Source: Octopus vulgaris
Lineage: Eukaryota
DNA: 64,000 nt
Direction of reading: 5' to 3'
NCBI GenBank assembly: GCA_951406725.2
Contig: OX597821.1
Coordinates: 65,844,001 to 65,908,000, forward strand
Shown here: one piece after another, positions 13,276 to 26,796 of the stretch
How positions within the stretch are numbered: the first letter of the stretch is position 1
How the letters are laid out: each line of letters starts with the position of its first letter
Position numbers and translations under genes: made by a program
The notes under the pieces: model-generated
Databases searched by the model: none
Seen by the model: only the letters and a program-made list of their open reading frames with translations
Told to the model about the DNA's origin: nothing

Positions 13276-14330
13276 TAAAGACCCCCTTTGGTCATAAATG
13301 ACCATGGGACTGCACCCAGAAAGTTACCCTCCAAGACACAAGTCCGAGTAAGGTTGTTTATGGAAGACTAGCAGTCGCCCATGCATACCAGCTTTCCCTC
13401 TCCGTGCCACCGATGTTGTCCAAGGAAGAAGCAAAGGCTGATACAGCGTGGCACTAGTGATGTCGCAACTCATTTCTAAAGCTGGGTGAAATGGAGCAAT
13501 GTGAAATAAAGAGCCTTGCTCAAGGAATTGAACTCACAACCCCGTGATTGTGAATCTATAACCACTGAGCCATGCACCATATTACTATATCTATGTATAT
13601 GTGAAGATATACATATATATTTGTACTTGTATGTGTGTATGTAAAGACCCCCTTTGGTCATAAATGACCATGTGACTGCACCTAGAAAGTTACCCTTCAA
13701 GGCACAAGTCCAGGCAAGGTTGTTTATGGAAGACCAGCAGTCACCATTGCATACCAACCCTCTCTCTCCACACCCCCGATGTTGTCCAAGGGAGAAGCAA
13801 AGACCAATACAGCTTGGCAACAGTGATGTCACAACTCATTCCGACAGCTGAGTGAACTAGAACAACACGAAATAAAGTGTCTTGCTCAAGAACATAACAC
13901 AGCCTGGTTCGGGAATCGAACACACTACCTCAGGATTGTGAATCTGATGCTATAACCACTGAGCCATCCACATTATAAATATATTTATATATATATATGA
14001 ACATATGCTTATGTATTTGTACATGTATGTGTGCATGTAAAGACCCCCTTCAGTCATGAATGACCTTGGGACTACACCTAGAAAGTTACCCTCCGAAGCA
14101 CAAGTCCTTAAAGGTTGTTTATGGAAGACCAGCAACTGTCCATACAAACTAGCCTCCTCTTTACACACCACCAGTGATATTACAACTCATCTTTATAGCC
14201 AAGTGAGCTAGTACAACATAAAATAAAGTATCTTGCTCAAGAACACAACATACAGCTTGGTTCAGGAATTGAACTCACAACCTCACGACTGTAAGCCCAA
14301 TGCTCTAACTACTGAGCCATGCACCTTCAC
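13276..14330 (-). mobile_element. three tandem copies of SINE family D (13276-13578, 13642-13971, 14038-14330)
   Basis: tRNA-like head on minus (tggctcagtggtta...gagttcaattcc), CORE-like tgtgttcttgagcaagacactttatttc, common tail ending gggggtctttac. Confidence 0.8.
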
Positions 14331-14683
14331 AAATATAAAACTAACTAAACTTTTATATAAGCATCTCTCATCAATATTGTTTATCTGTTTGTCTATGTAT
14401 CCATTGACTAGACATATTATTTCTCTGATCTCATGTTGTCCTCTGTTACTGTCATAACTAACATCTTTTGTTCACATGTTTCATACTGCTGTATATTTTA
14501 TATGTAGACTAATGCTGTTACTCAAAATATTCAAACCAGATATGATGCCATATATTTGTAGTACATTTTCGAGAAGAAATCATCATCGCAACAAGGATAT
14601 GGATGGCACAGGGTGTTACCAGCGACCAGAAACCGGAGAAACATGACCAACGAGGCTCAAAAGATCCATAAGGATCTTAAACA

Positions 14684-14995
14684 CTCTTAGGTTACTTTTA
14701 GCTCATACGAACCTTTCCAGATCCAATTGATGAATGGGGAATCCTGTGCTTGCAGCAGGTAGTGTTTGAAATGGATACACGAAATTTATAACCCCCTGCA
14801 TCCATTTCAAATGCTACCTGTTGCAAGCCCCTCTGATTAAAACTGAAAAGGAGCTAAAAACAGTGCTTGCAGCAGGTAGACTTTGAAATGGATACACAAA
14901 ATTTATAACCCCTGCATCTATTTCAAATGCTACCCATTGCAAGCTTCTCAGATTAAATCTGAAAAGGTCCTTACCAGCTAAAAGCAACCTAAGGG
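14684..14995. mobile_element. MITE with TIRs and two internal tandem hairpins (period 117 bp)
   Basis: cttaggttacttttagct ... agctaaaagcaacctaag; hairpins at 14748-14828 and 14865-14944. Confidence 0.75.
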
Positions 14996-15239
14996 CACAG
15001 TTTCCTGTTTACCTTTTGGCCTAGATGGACTAGTCTAAAGGAGATATACCCGTCCTCGCCAACCAACATTATTTATTCCTTGTTTACATACTAACAAACT
15101 GACCATACCGAATTTCTACCTCTGAAGTCTGAAGAATTATATGGCCTTTGGCATTAGAGTATGATGACTCATCCATAGAGCTAAGTCCTTTATAGATGCA
15201 AGACTATTGGTCACTCTATGATCAGATTTTATACTTAAC

Positions 15240-15557
15240 TGTCATGTAAAAAGCACCATCTGATCGTGGCCGTTTGCCAGCCTCGCCTGGCCTCCGTGCC
15301 AGTGGCACATAAAAAGCACCATCCGATCATGGCCGTTTGCCAGCCTCGTCTGGCACCTGTGCTAGTGGCACATAAAAAGCACCCACTACACTCACGGAGT
15401 GGTTGGCGTTAGGAAGGGCATCCAGCTGTAGAAACACTGCCAGATCAGACTGGGCCTGGTGCAGCCTTCTGGCTTCCCAGAGCCCAGTTGAACCGTCCAA
15501 CCCATGCTAGCATGGAAAGTGGACGTTAAACGATGATGATGATGATGATGATGATGA
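15240..15557 (+). mobile_element. RTE 3' UTR fragment (family E) with internal direct repeats
   Basis: aaaaagcaccatc(t/c)gatc repeats; ggcgttaggaagggcatccagctgtagaaac; (GAT)n tail. Confidence 0.85.
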
Positions 15558-17552
15558 TATATTTTTTGTGTGTACCTGTGTTTGTTCCTATCCAACTAGT
15601 TGATAGCTGATGCTGGTTTGTTTACATCCCCAAACCCAGGGGTTCAGCAAAACTGCCTGATAAAATATGTATCGGATTTAAAAACAAAGTACTGGGGGTC
15701 GATTTGTTCAAGTAAACAAAAAAAATCTGTCACGGTGGTGCTCCAGTATGGCTGCAATCCAATGACTGAAGCAAGCTAAATATAAAACAACCACACAAAC
15801 TATCTATATTCACACAACATCTACATACAACAACAAATGACAAAGTCAAGAAGGGATTCCCTATGTAAGCCAGTCAATATGCTAGATAGAAATAGCAGCC
15901 AAATCTCCCTCAAAACCACACAGTTTACAGTCTTCAGAGACGAAGGCAACACAGTTGCAGTTGCGATATGTAAAACTGCGAAGTCTAACCAGACAGAAAT
16001 AACTCGGGGTTAAATAGAAGAACAATGGCATATAGAGAAGTCATCTATCTAGTTCATGTCTCTTGCTTTCATCTATGGTATTCAACATGTATCCCACATC
16101 ATCTCATCTGCTGTACTCTTATCAGTTGATATCGCTTGGCTACATTGATGCGTGTATGTGACATCACACAAGAATGTCTGCAGTAACTAAACTCTATTTA
16201 TCAATTTAATTAAAAGCCAGAAGAAAACATGATAATTATGTTCCAAGAAAATGAACTAATATACGACTATAATAAAAACGACATCACAAACACTTATAAA
16301 AACCGCATCACAAACAATAATCACGCACAAGGTTAATTTGGGTAACAAATTAAAGTAAAATTAAATAAATATAATAAAATAAGTGATTTAGTGTGATTTG
16401 AAATGAAAAAAAAAAAAAGATCTCTTATTAAAATAATCAATATATTCTCAAGAATTTATTGATTTTCTTCCAGAGTCAGAAATTTAAAGTAGGTTGGTTT
16501 AGAGCGGAGAATGTCTATACACAATTATACAGATGTATACACCCACATCTACACGCATATACATTCATCGCCATTTGACATTGACTTTTCTGTGCTTGAT
16601 TGGGTCAGACGGAATTTGTCGAGGTAGATTTTCTACGGTGGGATGCCTTTCCCATCACCAACCTTCACCTGCTTATCAAGGAAGGTAATATTAACAAAAG
16701 ACTAAACATGTTATTTTGCAAATGAACGACTCTGCTGTTTATACGACAATGAAGCTCATTTGGAGTTGCTACATGACACCTAGACAAGGGTATACAACAA
16801 AAACAAACACACATGTGAACGTACAAAAACACACACACACACACACATATGTACTTGGTGCTGTCTTTTGACTTGCCAATTCCAGTTAAACCATCCAACC
16901 CAGGCCAGTATGGAAAAGAGATAATCAATAATGATGATGTTGATGATGATGATAATGATGATATATACATAAAAATGATAGGGGGGGGCTTCTTTCAGTT
17001 TCCATGAATCAAATCCACTTGCAAGGCTTTGATTAGGCTGGAACTTCAATAGAAGACACCCAAAATGTCATGAAGTGGAACTGAACTCATGATCACATGG
17101 TTGGGAAGCAAGTTTCTTAACCACACAGCCACACACACACACACACGTGTGTGTGTGTGTCATAAAAAAAATGCTTTCCAGCCAAGTGGTTCGAGTTCAG
17201 TTCCAGGGCATGGCACCTAGAGCAAAGTGTCTGCTGCTATAGCCTTGAGATGGCCAATGACTTGTGTGTTAAATATGGCAGAAGGAAACTGTATGGAAGC
17301 CTGCTGTTTCTGTGTGTTTAATGGTATATATACAACGGTATATATCCATTAGGTACAAGGCCATGGTCAAGAAGATTACTTTGGAACCATGAGTTCCAAG
17401 TTTCAAAATCAACAGATTATTTTGAAAAAGATATGTGGTATGCTTGTGTATCTGCTTGTGTTTTAATGTGTGTGTGTGTGTATAAGATTATATGTGAGTG
17501 TGAGCCTCTCTCTCTCTGTCTCTCTCTCTCTCCATATATATATATATATATA

Positions 17553-17785
17553 TTTAGCAAAATTTAGATTCAGATGAATATGGTACTTAAGTTAAAGGCA
17601 CCAGAATTTTGTATGGTATTAACCATATAAATCAAATGGGGTGATTATAATCAAAATAAGCAACAAAGATATCCAAGGTAGTGTGGTACAATTGTTTCAT
17701 GCTACTTCATTTTATTAAACACTGTAAGTATTACATCAGTTTTAAAATGTTGAGCAATCTTCAGTCACATACAGAATTTTTCAAT
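17553..17785 (-). mobile_element. Penelope-pLTR-like element with minimal hammerhead, adjacent to (TA)n
   Basis: Contains the hammerhead motif at 17681-17770; abuts a (TA)n tract. Confidence 0.55.
17681..17770 (-). ncRNA. minimal type I hammerhead ribozyme motif
   Basis: Minus strand: tgtga CTGAAGA t-tgct [long loop] agca-t GAAAC aatt GTA ccaca; palindromic stem III (caattg); one stem I mismatch next to the core. Confidence 0.6.
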
Positions 17786-17899
17786 TAAACTGACACACAC
17801 ACGTATGTATTTGTGTCTATATTTTTATATTTAAATTTGTGATATGTAAAGATTATATATATATATTTCTTTTTACATACATATATATATCTATGTATG

Positions 17900-17938
<39 letters not shown>

Positions 17939-18010
17939 CTATACAATACATGTATTTGTGTCTGTTTTGTATGTTTAACTCTCTGTGTGCGCTGCACATG
18001 TGTGCATGTG

Positions 18011-18085
<75 letters not shown>

Positions 18086-19103
18086 GTGTGTGTGTGTGTG
18101 TGCATGAGGTTTTGAGGTTTGAAAGTTCTCAAAGTATTCAGACTTCCTATGAAAATGTCTTAGTAAGTAATATTTTATGGCCTTCCATTACACCCTTAGG
18201 GATTTCGTGTTTATTGAACAGTGAAATATTTCAGTACTGTTGACTCACATTAAGTTCTGATTATAATGCTATATTGACATAGTTCTGACTGTACTACTTC
18301 TAATGTACTGTTGCAACAACACTGCTATGCTTCTGCAAATCTGCTGCTGTACTACTGTTTTTCTACTGCTGCTGTTTGGAAAAATTTTCATTTGTATCTT
18401 AATGACTTAAATGAAGAAGGAGGAGCCATGCTATCACATTTGAAGGTTCTTTACAGCTGGTGAGATTGATTAACCCAAGGATACAGTACAAAAGACCCTG
18501 AATCCAAGGTACCATGCAATAAAAATGTACCTGAAAATCTGGTCTGGGGTTCATGTCCTGCTTGGCTATCTGTAAGTCAGTAACTGTTGGGATCAGGAGA
18601 GGAATTCCAAGAGGTAGGTAGTGATATTGTGGGGAGACTAAACAAGGGATAAGGATTTAGAAAGGATATTTAAAATGAAAGGTCTGCAAGTGAAAAGAGA
18701 GAGAGAGAGAAAGAAATAGACACACACACACACACACACACAAACACATAAGTTTCATGTGTCAGGAGAGGTTTTGTGGAGAAGGTATACAAGTAGTTTG
18801 TCCATACAAACAGAAATAGTTGCAGTAATGGTAGAATAGGCTTAAAGAGGGGAGATATTGCATCTGTGGGATAAGGCAGTAGTCCTTTACCATTTTTGCA
18901 CCAGAGGCAGGTTTCATGCCAGATGATTTTTCCATGGACCAGGATATCATATGCATAACAAATCACAAAGTTTATAATGTATAACTCAATTCTTAAGGGC
19001 ATCCTGGCTCTAGGAAGGGCATCCAGACATAGAAACTGTGCGAAATCACACAGGAACTTGGTGCAGCTTCCCAGCTTAGCAGTTTCAGTCAAACTGTCTA
19101 ACC

Positions 19104-19740
19104 CAGCATTTCTCAACCAGGGTACCCCAGAACCCTAAGGTTCTGCAAAAGGTCCCTAGGGGTTCCGCAAGAAAGAGTGAGATAAGCTAATGTTAATTTC
19201 ATGATCATAATGTTACTATATGTGCACAACATATTATTGTAATATTGTAATATAGACATCATCTTAGTTAATCTATTATGTTATCAAAAAACTATAACAG
19301 CCATTGGGGATATATTTAGTGATGTCTGTAATTTATGGACACCTTATATACATACATATATACATAATAAATGTAAACGTTGCCCTTTTCAAGCCTAGCC
19401 AGGCTCATGGGCCCGGTTTCCCGTTTTCTGTGGCGTATGTGTTCCCCACAGCTGGACGGGACACTAGTCTATCACAGCATTACTCACGAAACAGGAAGAG
19501 AGAGTGAGAGAAAGTTGAGGTGAAAGAGTACAATGGGGGTCGCCAACAGCCCCTGCCGGAGCCTTGTGGAGCATCCACTGCCCTAACCACTGGGCCATTA
19601 CATACATACATACATACATGATATTTACCTTGTGACCTATGATGAAGATATGGTCTATAATTTTTGTTGTGCAGGGATTCCTTGAGACATGTAATTTATT
19701 TTAAGGGTTATGCAAGGGTAAAAAAGGTTGAGAAACACTG
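19104..19740. mobile_element. non-autonomous hAT (Charlie-like) element with 8-bp TSD
   Basis: TIRs cagcatttctcaacc / ggttgagaaacactg; identical GTCTAACC at 19096-19103 and 19741-19748; splits a family E element (19005-19836). Confidence 0.9.
19375..19600 (-). mobile_element. SINE family B, tail variant B3, nested inside the hAT element
   Basis: B-type head and middle (internally deleted) with a third tail gtgatagactagtgtcccgtccagc...gggcccatgagcctggctagg. Confidence 0.7.
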
Positions 19741-19775
19741 GTCTAACCCCTACCAGCATGCAAAGCAGATTCCAA

Positions 19776-19815
<40 letters not shown>

Positions 19816-20869
19816 CGATGATAATGATGATGATGATATATTCTGTGTATAACAGATACATATATAATGCAGAAATACCATTCTGATTGCAATAATCTTT
19901 AAAAACATGGTACGAAATGCTCCCAGTCCCAGTGCTGGTCCATGGCTTGGTATTTAGAGACTCTAGGGTAAGGGTTCATAGTGTATTGGTGAGTGAGTTC
20001 AAAGGTTAAGGTACTTCAGACACGACTGTCGAGTGTTACTTGTCTGTTTAGAACAGCAGGACATAATTTGGCTTTTATTTCTAGCAAGTCAATTAACCAC
20101 ATACAGGTTTCTTCATTGGTAAGAAGTGAAGAAATATGTTATATATGGTGAAGCAGTTACAAAGCCTCTCTGAATTGTAATCAATCACTATAGCAGTCAA
20201 GACACTGTTAACTAATTTCCTGGCTGTCTTTCTAATGGAATCTGTGTCTTCATCTAAAACCTTAGGACAACCTGACCCACAATAAAGATAGAACAGAACA
20301 GCTATTAACAGACAGTTGATTTAATGCTTTATTTGATCAGTTTACATCTAGGAAATATCTCTGAAGAAACACAGCCAGATAGCGGTGGAACGGAACATTA
20401 TCACAGTAATATCTTATTCACTAACTCTCACTTTCTAATATAATATACATACGTGTTTCTCATAATTTCTGATCAGCAGCCCAATCTACCCAATACCTAA
20501 TACACTCTACCCAATACAGTGTTTAGCTTAGGTGTTGTACAACAGATTCATGAACTGTAATCTTTGCAGAGAACAAAAATTTGTTTCTTGTCTCTGAATA
20601 CACATCCCCTTTGGCCTCAACTCACCACCCACCTTCCATTAACTTCTCTGTCTCTCTCACACACACACAGATGTGTATATATATATATATATATATACAC
20701 ACACAGACATATATATAGAGAGAGACATACATATACACACATATATATACTACATATGTGTGTGTGTAATATATATATATAGACAGATATGTGTGTATGG
20801 GAGCATTTTATGCATCATTGGGTAACATGGTGTCTTTTACATGTCTCCAGCACCAGTGAGCATGTGCTT

Positions 20870-20909
<40 letters not shown>

Positions 20910-21879
20910 ATATACACCCACAACCATACACATACAACCAAAGCCGTGTGGGTGGATTTGGTAGACAGAAATTTAACAGAAGTCTGTTGTGTTTTCTGTG
21001 TGTGTCTATGTGTGTACTTGTCTGACATCTTGTAATGATTGTAAACAAATGTCCCCATGGGGTGGGGTCTCCATTTCCAATCTTCTGTGTAGAACATATC
21101 TGGCATGAGAGAAATATTACCTTGCTTGGAAAAGGGTGAGTGTTGGCAACAGGAAAAGCATCCCGGCTATAGGAAATCTGCCGCAATAAATTATGCTTGA
21201 CTCATGCAGGTATGGAAAAAGTGGACATTGGATGATGTTGATGATGATGATGATGCTCGTCATCGTCATCATCATCATCATCATCATCATCAACATCATT
21301 ATTTAACATCCATCTTCCATGCTTTGCATTGGTCGGACAGTTTGACAAGTGCTGGCCAGGTAGAAGACTACGCCAGGCTACTGATATATATATATATATT
21401 TTTTTCCCTTACACTACAAATATAATTATCCTAATTTTTAGATTTATAGGTGTGTCAACCAGGACATTCCATTCTCAGAGACCTCCTCCTGGGATACAAA
21501 ATTATTTAGACATATGCATAGAATTGGAAAGAGTCATTAATATAGTGGAGTTAAAATATTTATTGAAGCAAACCATTACGGCTTAAGAGATCATAATTTT
21601 CAGTTTCATACTTCAGATATATGATGCAAATAATCATTAGACAAATGAATGCAACAAATATACCACTTGCGAAACTTAAGTGTAACAAGTGTTTTGTGAG
21701 TAGGTTACATAGCGCAGCTGATATGGGATTAGAGAAAGAGAGAGGTGCGGGGACAGGAAGAGAAAAGGTGAGGGAGAGGTGACTAGAGGAGAAATATATA
21801 TATATATATATATGTATATAATTATGTATCAATAAATATGTATGATATATATGTATATATATGCATACGTACACACATG

Positions 21880-21932
<53 letters not shown>

Positions 21933-22910
21933 GTATATATATGTGTGTATATATGTATATATATATATACATATTTATGTATATATATATATGTATGTAT
22001 ATATATGTATATTATACACATGTATACACATATATGATTATATATATATATGTTAATAAGTATATAAATAAATTACATATGTGTGTGAGAGTATACATAC
22101 ACACACACACACACACGCATATATGTATATATTTGCATGTTTATGTCTCTCACAAATAAAATGCCAAACATTTGTTAATTTTTATGCTAAATCTTTTTGT
22201 ATATTACTTATTTATCTCATTTTTTTAATTATTTATTTAAAAAACATATATTTTCAATCTTTCCATTTCGTTCCATTCATATTTTTATATGAAATTTTTT
22301 GTTTCATTTCTATTTTTCACTTTTACATTAATCATTTAAGTTAAGTACCTCCAATTAAAATTCAGTGTACAGCACTTGACTTGAAGCACATTACGTAGCC
22401 TTAAAAAACACCCCCACATACATAACATTAGCCGAGAGTAACTGATCATTGGTTATGCAACACAGACATGTATTGCACAACTTGCAAAGGAATATCTAAC
22501 TCATATCTTTGAAAATGGTATTTCACTGCTTCGATCTTCAATATACTTGACATTTAAATTGGAATTTATCTTTAAAGTTGTTTTTCTTTTTTTTTTTGTG
22601 TGTGTATTTGCTCTTTTTATGTCTTAATCAAAGAGCAGGAATAACAACATCCATATTTTTTGCAGCTTTGCTTACTCACACTGATGAGATCAAGCAGCAA
22701 CAGAACTCCCCAATCGTGTGGTGCTGATACAGAATGTTGTGCCTCAAGACAGAGCTAACCTCAAACAAGGGGTCTAGCATGAATGCCCTAACCCAGAGAG
22801 GGGTCCACATAAAATCTTGTTGACCAGGTGGTGGTGTTACATCAAACAATGGATAACTCTACCAACACCCAGATACAATCTGCACTTTATCTATGTGTGT
22901 GTGTGTGTGT

Positions 22911-22942
<32 letters not shown>

Positions 22943-22946
<4 letters not shown>

Positions 22947-23206
22947 TCATCATCATCATTTAGCGTCTGCTTTCCATGCTAGCATGGGTTGGATGGTTCA
23001 ACTGGGGTCTGGGAAGCCAGAAAGCTGCACCAGGCCCTGTCTGATCTGGCAATGTTTCTACGACTGGATGCCCTTCCTAACGCCAACCACTCCGTGAGTG
23101 TAGTGGGTGCTTTTTACATGCCAGACGGTTCTGGCAAACGACCACGGTCGGATGGTGCTTTTTACGTGCCACCGGCACGGAGGCCAGGCGTCGCTGGCAA
23201 CGGCCA

Positions 23207-23207
<1 letters not shown>
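22943..23207 (-). mobile_element. RTE 3' UTR fragment (family E)
   Basis: Near reverse complement of 15240-15557. Confidence 0.85.
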
Positions 23208-23241
<34 letters not shown>

Positions 23242-23274
23242 TAGATACAAAAGGGAATGAACAACATTCATCTA

Positions 23275-23815
23275 AAGTACCAGTTGCATAGTGGGGTCGA
23301 TCTAAGTGACTGGCCCTCTCCCCAAAAATTTCGGGCATTGTGCCTAGAGAAGAAAAGCATATAATTAAAGGCAGTGAGTTGGCAGAAATGTTAGCACACA
23401 GGGTGGAATGCTTAGTAGTAGTTTGTCTGTCTTTATGCTCTGAGTTCAAATTCCACTGAGGTTGACTTTGCTTTCCATTCTTTTGGGGTTGATAAATTAA
23501 GTACCAGTTACACAATGGTGTCGATGTAATCGACTTGGCTCCTGCCCAAAAATTTGTAGCCTTGTGCCTGGATTAGAAAAGAATATTTATTAATAGCTAA
23601 GGCAGCGAGCTGGCAGAACCATTAGCATGCCGGGCGAAAAGCTCAGGTGTATTTTGTCTGTCTTTACGTTCTGATTTCAAATTCTGCCGAGGTTGACTTT
23701 GCCTTCCATCCTTTTGGTGTCAATAAATTAAGTACCAGTTACACACTGGTGTCGATCTAATGGACTGGCCCTCTCCCTCAAAATTTCAGGCCTAGTGCCT
23801 AGAGTAGAAAAGAAT
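23275..23815 (+). mobile_element. SINE family C, one partial and two fuller tandem copies
   Basis: ggcagcgagctggcagaa...ctgagttcaaattc...aagtaccagttacacactgg...aaaatttcaggcctagtgcctagagtagaaaag. Confidence 0.8.
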
Positions 23816-24129
23816 GCAGACATTAGATGATGATGATGATGATGATGATATATTCTACTTTGTCTTCTGTATTCAATCATTTTCCTGTACACACACACAC
23901 ACACACACACAAACACACACATGCACACACACCTCTTCCAGCACTTTCCTTTCTTGTACGACTTCACAATGTATTTCTATTACAAACACTAACCAAACCA
24001 ATCCAGCTACAACTAGACATTCTCTGGAACTGAACCTACTAAAAACTGCATGAAACTGATAAGATATTACCAAATGGGTCTAATCCATCAGTGTCACTTC
24101 GGTTGCTTTCTACAGGGAATACTCGGGCA

Positions 24130-24167
24130 ATTATTATTATTATTATTATTATCATTATTAAAAGTTT

Positions 24168-24217
<50 letters not shown>

Positions 24218-24218
24218 T

Positions 24219-24288
<70 letters not shown>

Positions 24289-24322
24289 AGGTTTTCATTA
24301 TCATTATCAATTATTATTATTA
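24130..24322. repeat. (ATT)n microsatellite
   Basis: Direct reading. Confidence 0.95.
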
Positions 24323-24821
24323 TCAATGCAATTATTTATTATTTTGTTGTTGCAGCTATTATTAAGTTGCTGTTTGTACTATTGTTGTTATTGTTAATGT
24401 TGCCGTCATGATCATCACCATCACCATCAGCATCAACATCATCTTCAGCAGCAGCAGCACATCCACTACCATCGCCCAAACCCCACCAAAACAACAACAA
24501 CAACCACCACCACCGCCACCACCACCACCACCACTGTTAGCAGCATCCGAAATACAATATGGCGGAATTGTTACAGTGTTAAATGAAATGCGCTGAAATA
24601 TTTAGTTACGCCGCTTCTTCAAGTTCTCTATTTTTAAAAATCTTGCCTAGATGGACTGTGTACTTTTTTTTTTCCTTGCACCCAGAGTTTATAATAATTT
24701 TGAAAGCTGGATGATAAAATCAGCGCTGTTGCTATAGAAACAAAAAACTTCAAAGAATTTTGTGAGTTGTGAGTTCAAATCTTGATAAACTCAGCTCTGT
24801 CTTATGCCAACCTTTCAATTA

Positions 24822-25302
24822 TTCTTTTATTCTTTTACTTCCTGCAGTCATTTACTGCAGCCATGCTGGAGCACTGTCTTGTACTTATTCTATCTTTTGC
24901 CGAGATGCTAAGGGATGGGGATGTAAACACACCAACATCAGTTGTCAAGCGATGGTGGGAGGACAAACATAGACACAAAGACATTGCCCGAAACAGTAAG
25001 GACTTCTGGTATACTTGACTGAGGAAAGAAGGCCATGAATGATCCGTCTTTTTTCACCTGTCCTTCTAATTGTTGTTTCTATCTGTCCAAATGTTTTATT
25101 GTCCTCTATTGCATTTTTATTCCATTTCATATATATATATACGATGGGCTTCTTTCAGTTTTCTGCCTCCCAAATCCACTCACAAGGTTTTGATTGGCCA
25201 CGAATAATAGCAGAAGACACTTGCACATGGTGCCACACAGTGGGGCTGAACCCAGAACCATGTGGTTGGGAAGCAAGCTTCTTATCACACAGCCATGCCT
25301 GT
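24822..25302 (-). mobile_element. SINE family A with an internal insert (about 24985-25130)
   Basis: Tail at 24822-24980 and head at 25140-25302. Confidence 0.7.
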
Positions 25303-26724
25303 GTCAATAAAAGTAACAAGGCAGCAAAACTGACAGAAAGGTTAGCAGGCTGGTCAAATTAATCTTTGAGCACTAGGGTCGATGTAATCAACGTAACCCC
25401 TCCCTTAAAATTGCTGGCCTTGTGCCAAAATTTGAGACCAATAAAAGGAAGTAGCTTTCTGTTTATAATTCCACTAATCCAGGGCAGTGGATTAGCACAA
25501 TGATAAATACATTTGGATGGGATGTGTATTGATATTCACTCTGGCACTTTGCACCCTGAGTTCAAATCCAGTCATGGCTTCCTTATGTAGTAGACATAAA
25601 CTATCACCTATTTTAACACCACAGTCAGATACTTGAATGGCTCTGGTTAACTCTGTTATAAGCATTTGAGCCTAATCTCTGCTTTGAGAATAAATTCATC
25701 CATTCCAACCATCAGTCTCAGAAGACACTTGTCTCCAACTGCATTGTGTCACTGGCAATTTTGTTTACAATTTGCATAATGGGAATGTATATTGGGCATT
25801 TAACACCTCAATTGCATTTCATGCTGAATACTGATGAGGTGTCTTCACAAGAATATATAATGTTTCAACAAAGGTAATTTGCCAAAATACGTATTTGTTT
25901 TATAAAGCATAGAATACCATTCCTGTTTTCTGTATTTTACAAAGACCATAGGTATAGGCATGGTCCATAGGTATGGCTGTGGCAATGTTGTAAGAAATCT
26001 CCTTCCCAACCACATGGTTCCCAGTTCAGTCCCACAGTGTGACACTTTGGACAAGTGTTTTCTACTACATATATACATTTATGCATATATCTGTATACAT
26101 TATATATATATATACATATATATATGTATATACATATATATACACACACATATATATATATATATATATACATACATACATATATACATACATATATACA
26201 TACATACATATACATATATACATACTTATGTTACTGAGAGACAGAAACAGGTGTCTTGTTGTAGAGGAGGCACAAGCTTACCCAGCCAGAAAGGGTTACG
26301 CAGCCAGATATATAAATGTATATATAAGTGTGTATATTTATATATATATATATATATATTTCAACAATTGAGGGTAAAATTAATTAATTATTAATCAATT
26401 TCACCAAGTGTTCAGTATGCAAAGGGACCATTTAAGGCGAATTCAAATTATTACAATGGTCCCTTTGCATACTGAACACTTGGTGAAATTGATTAATAAT
26501 TAATTAATTTTACCCTCAATTGTTGAAATTATAATTAATCTCCCTCTAATTATTGCTTCGGATTTTACCGAAATAAGCATAGCGTTTGATGATTTTGACC
26601 CACGCTGGTGGAAAGGGGAGAACAGAAATGATTCACTTGCTTATTTGGGTTTGCTGGCACTGTTAGTTAAGAGCGGATCTTCGAAAGGGTATGTTCTTAC
26701 TTTCAGTGTTTCCAAATCCAAACC

Positions 26725-26796
26725 AAGGAATTTATGAGCTGAAGAGAGAAATGTTTGTTTTGACTAATCTTGAAACGTACGTACTCAAATAACCTT
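26725..26796 (+). ncRNA. minimal type I hammerhead ribozyme, unit 1 (predicted cleavage after 26783)
   Basis: aagg..tgag CTGAAGA gaga..tctt GAAAC gtac GTA ctca..cctt; core CUGANGA/GAAA/UH intact, G-U at the base of stem II, palindromic stem III. Confidence 0.75.
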
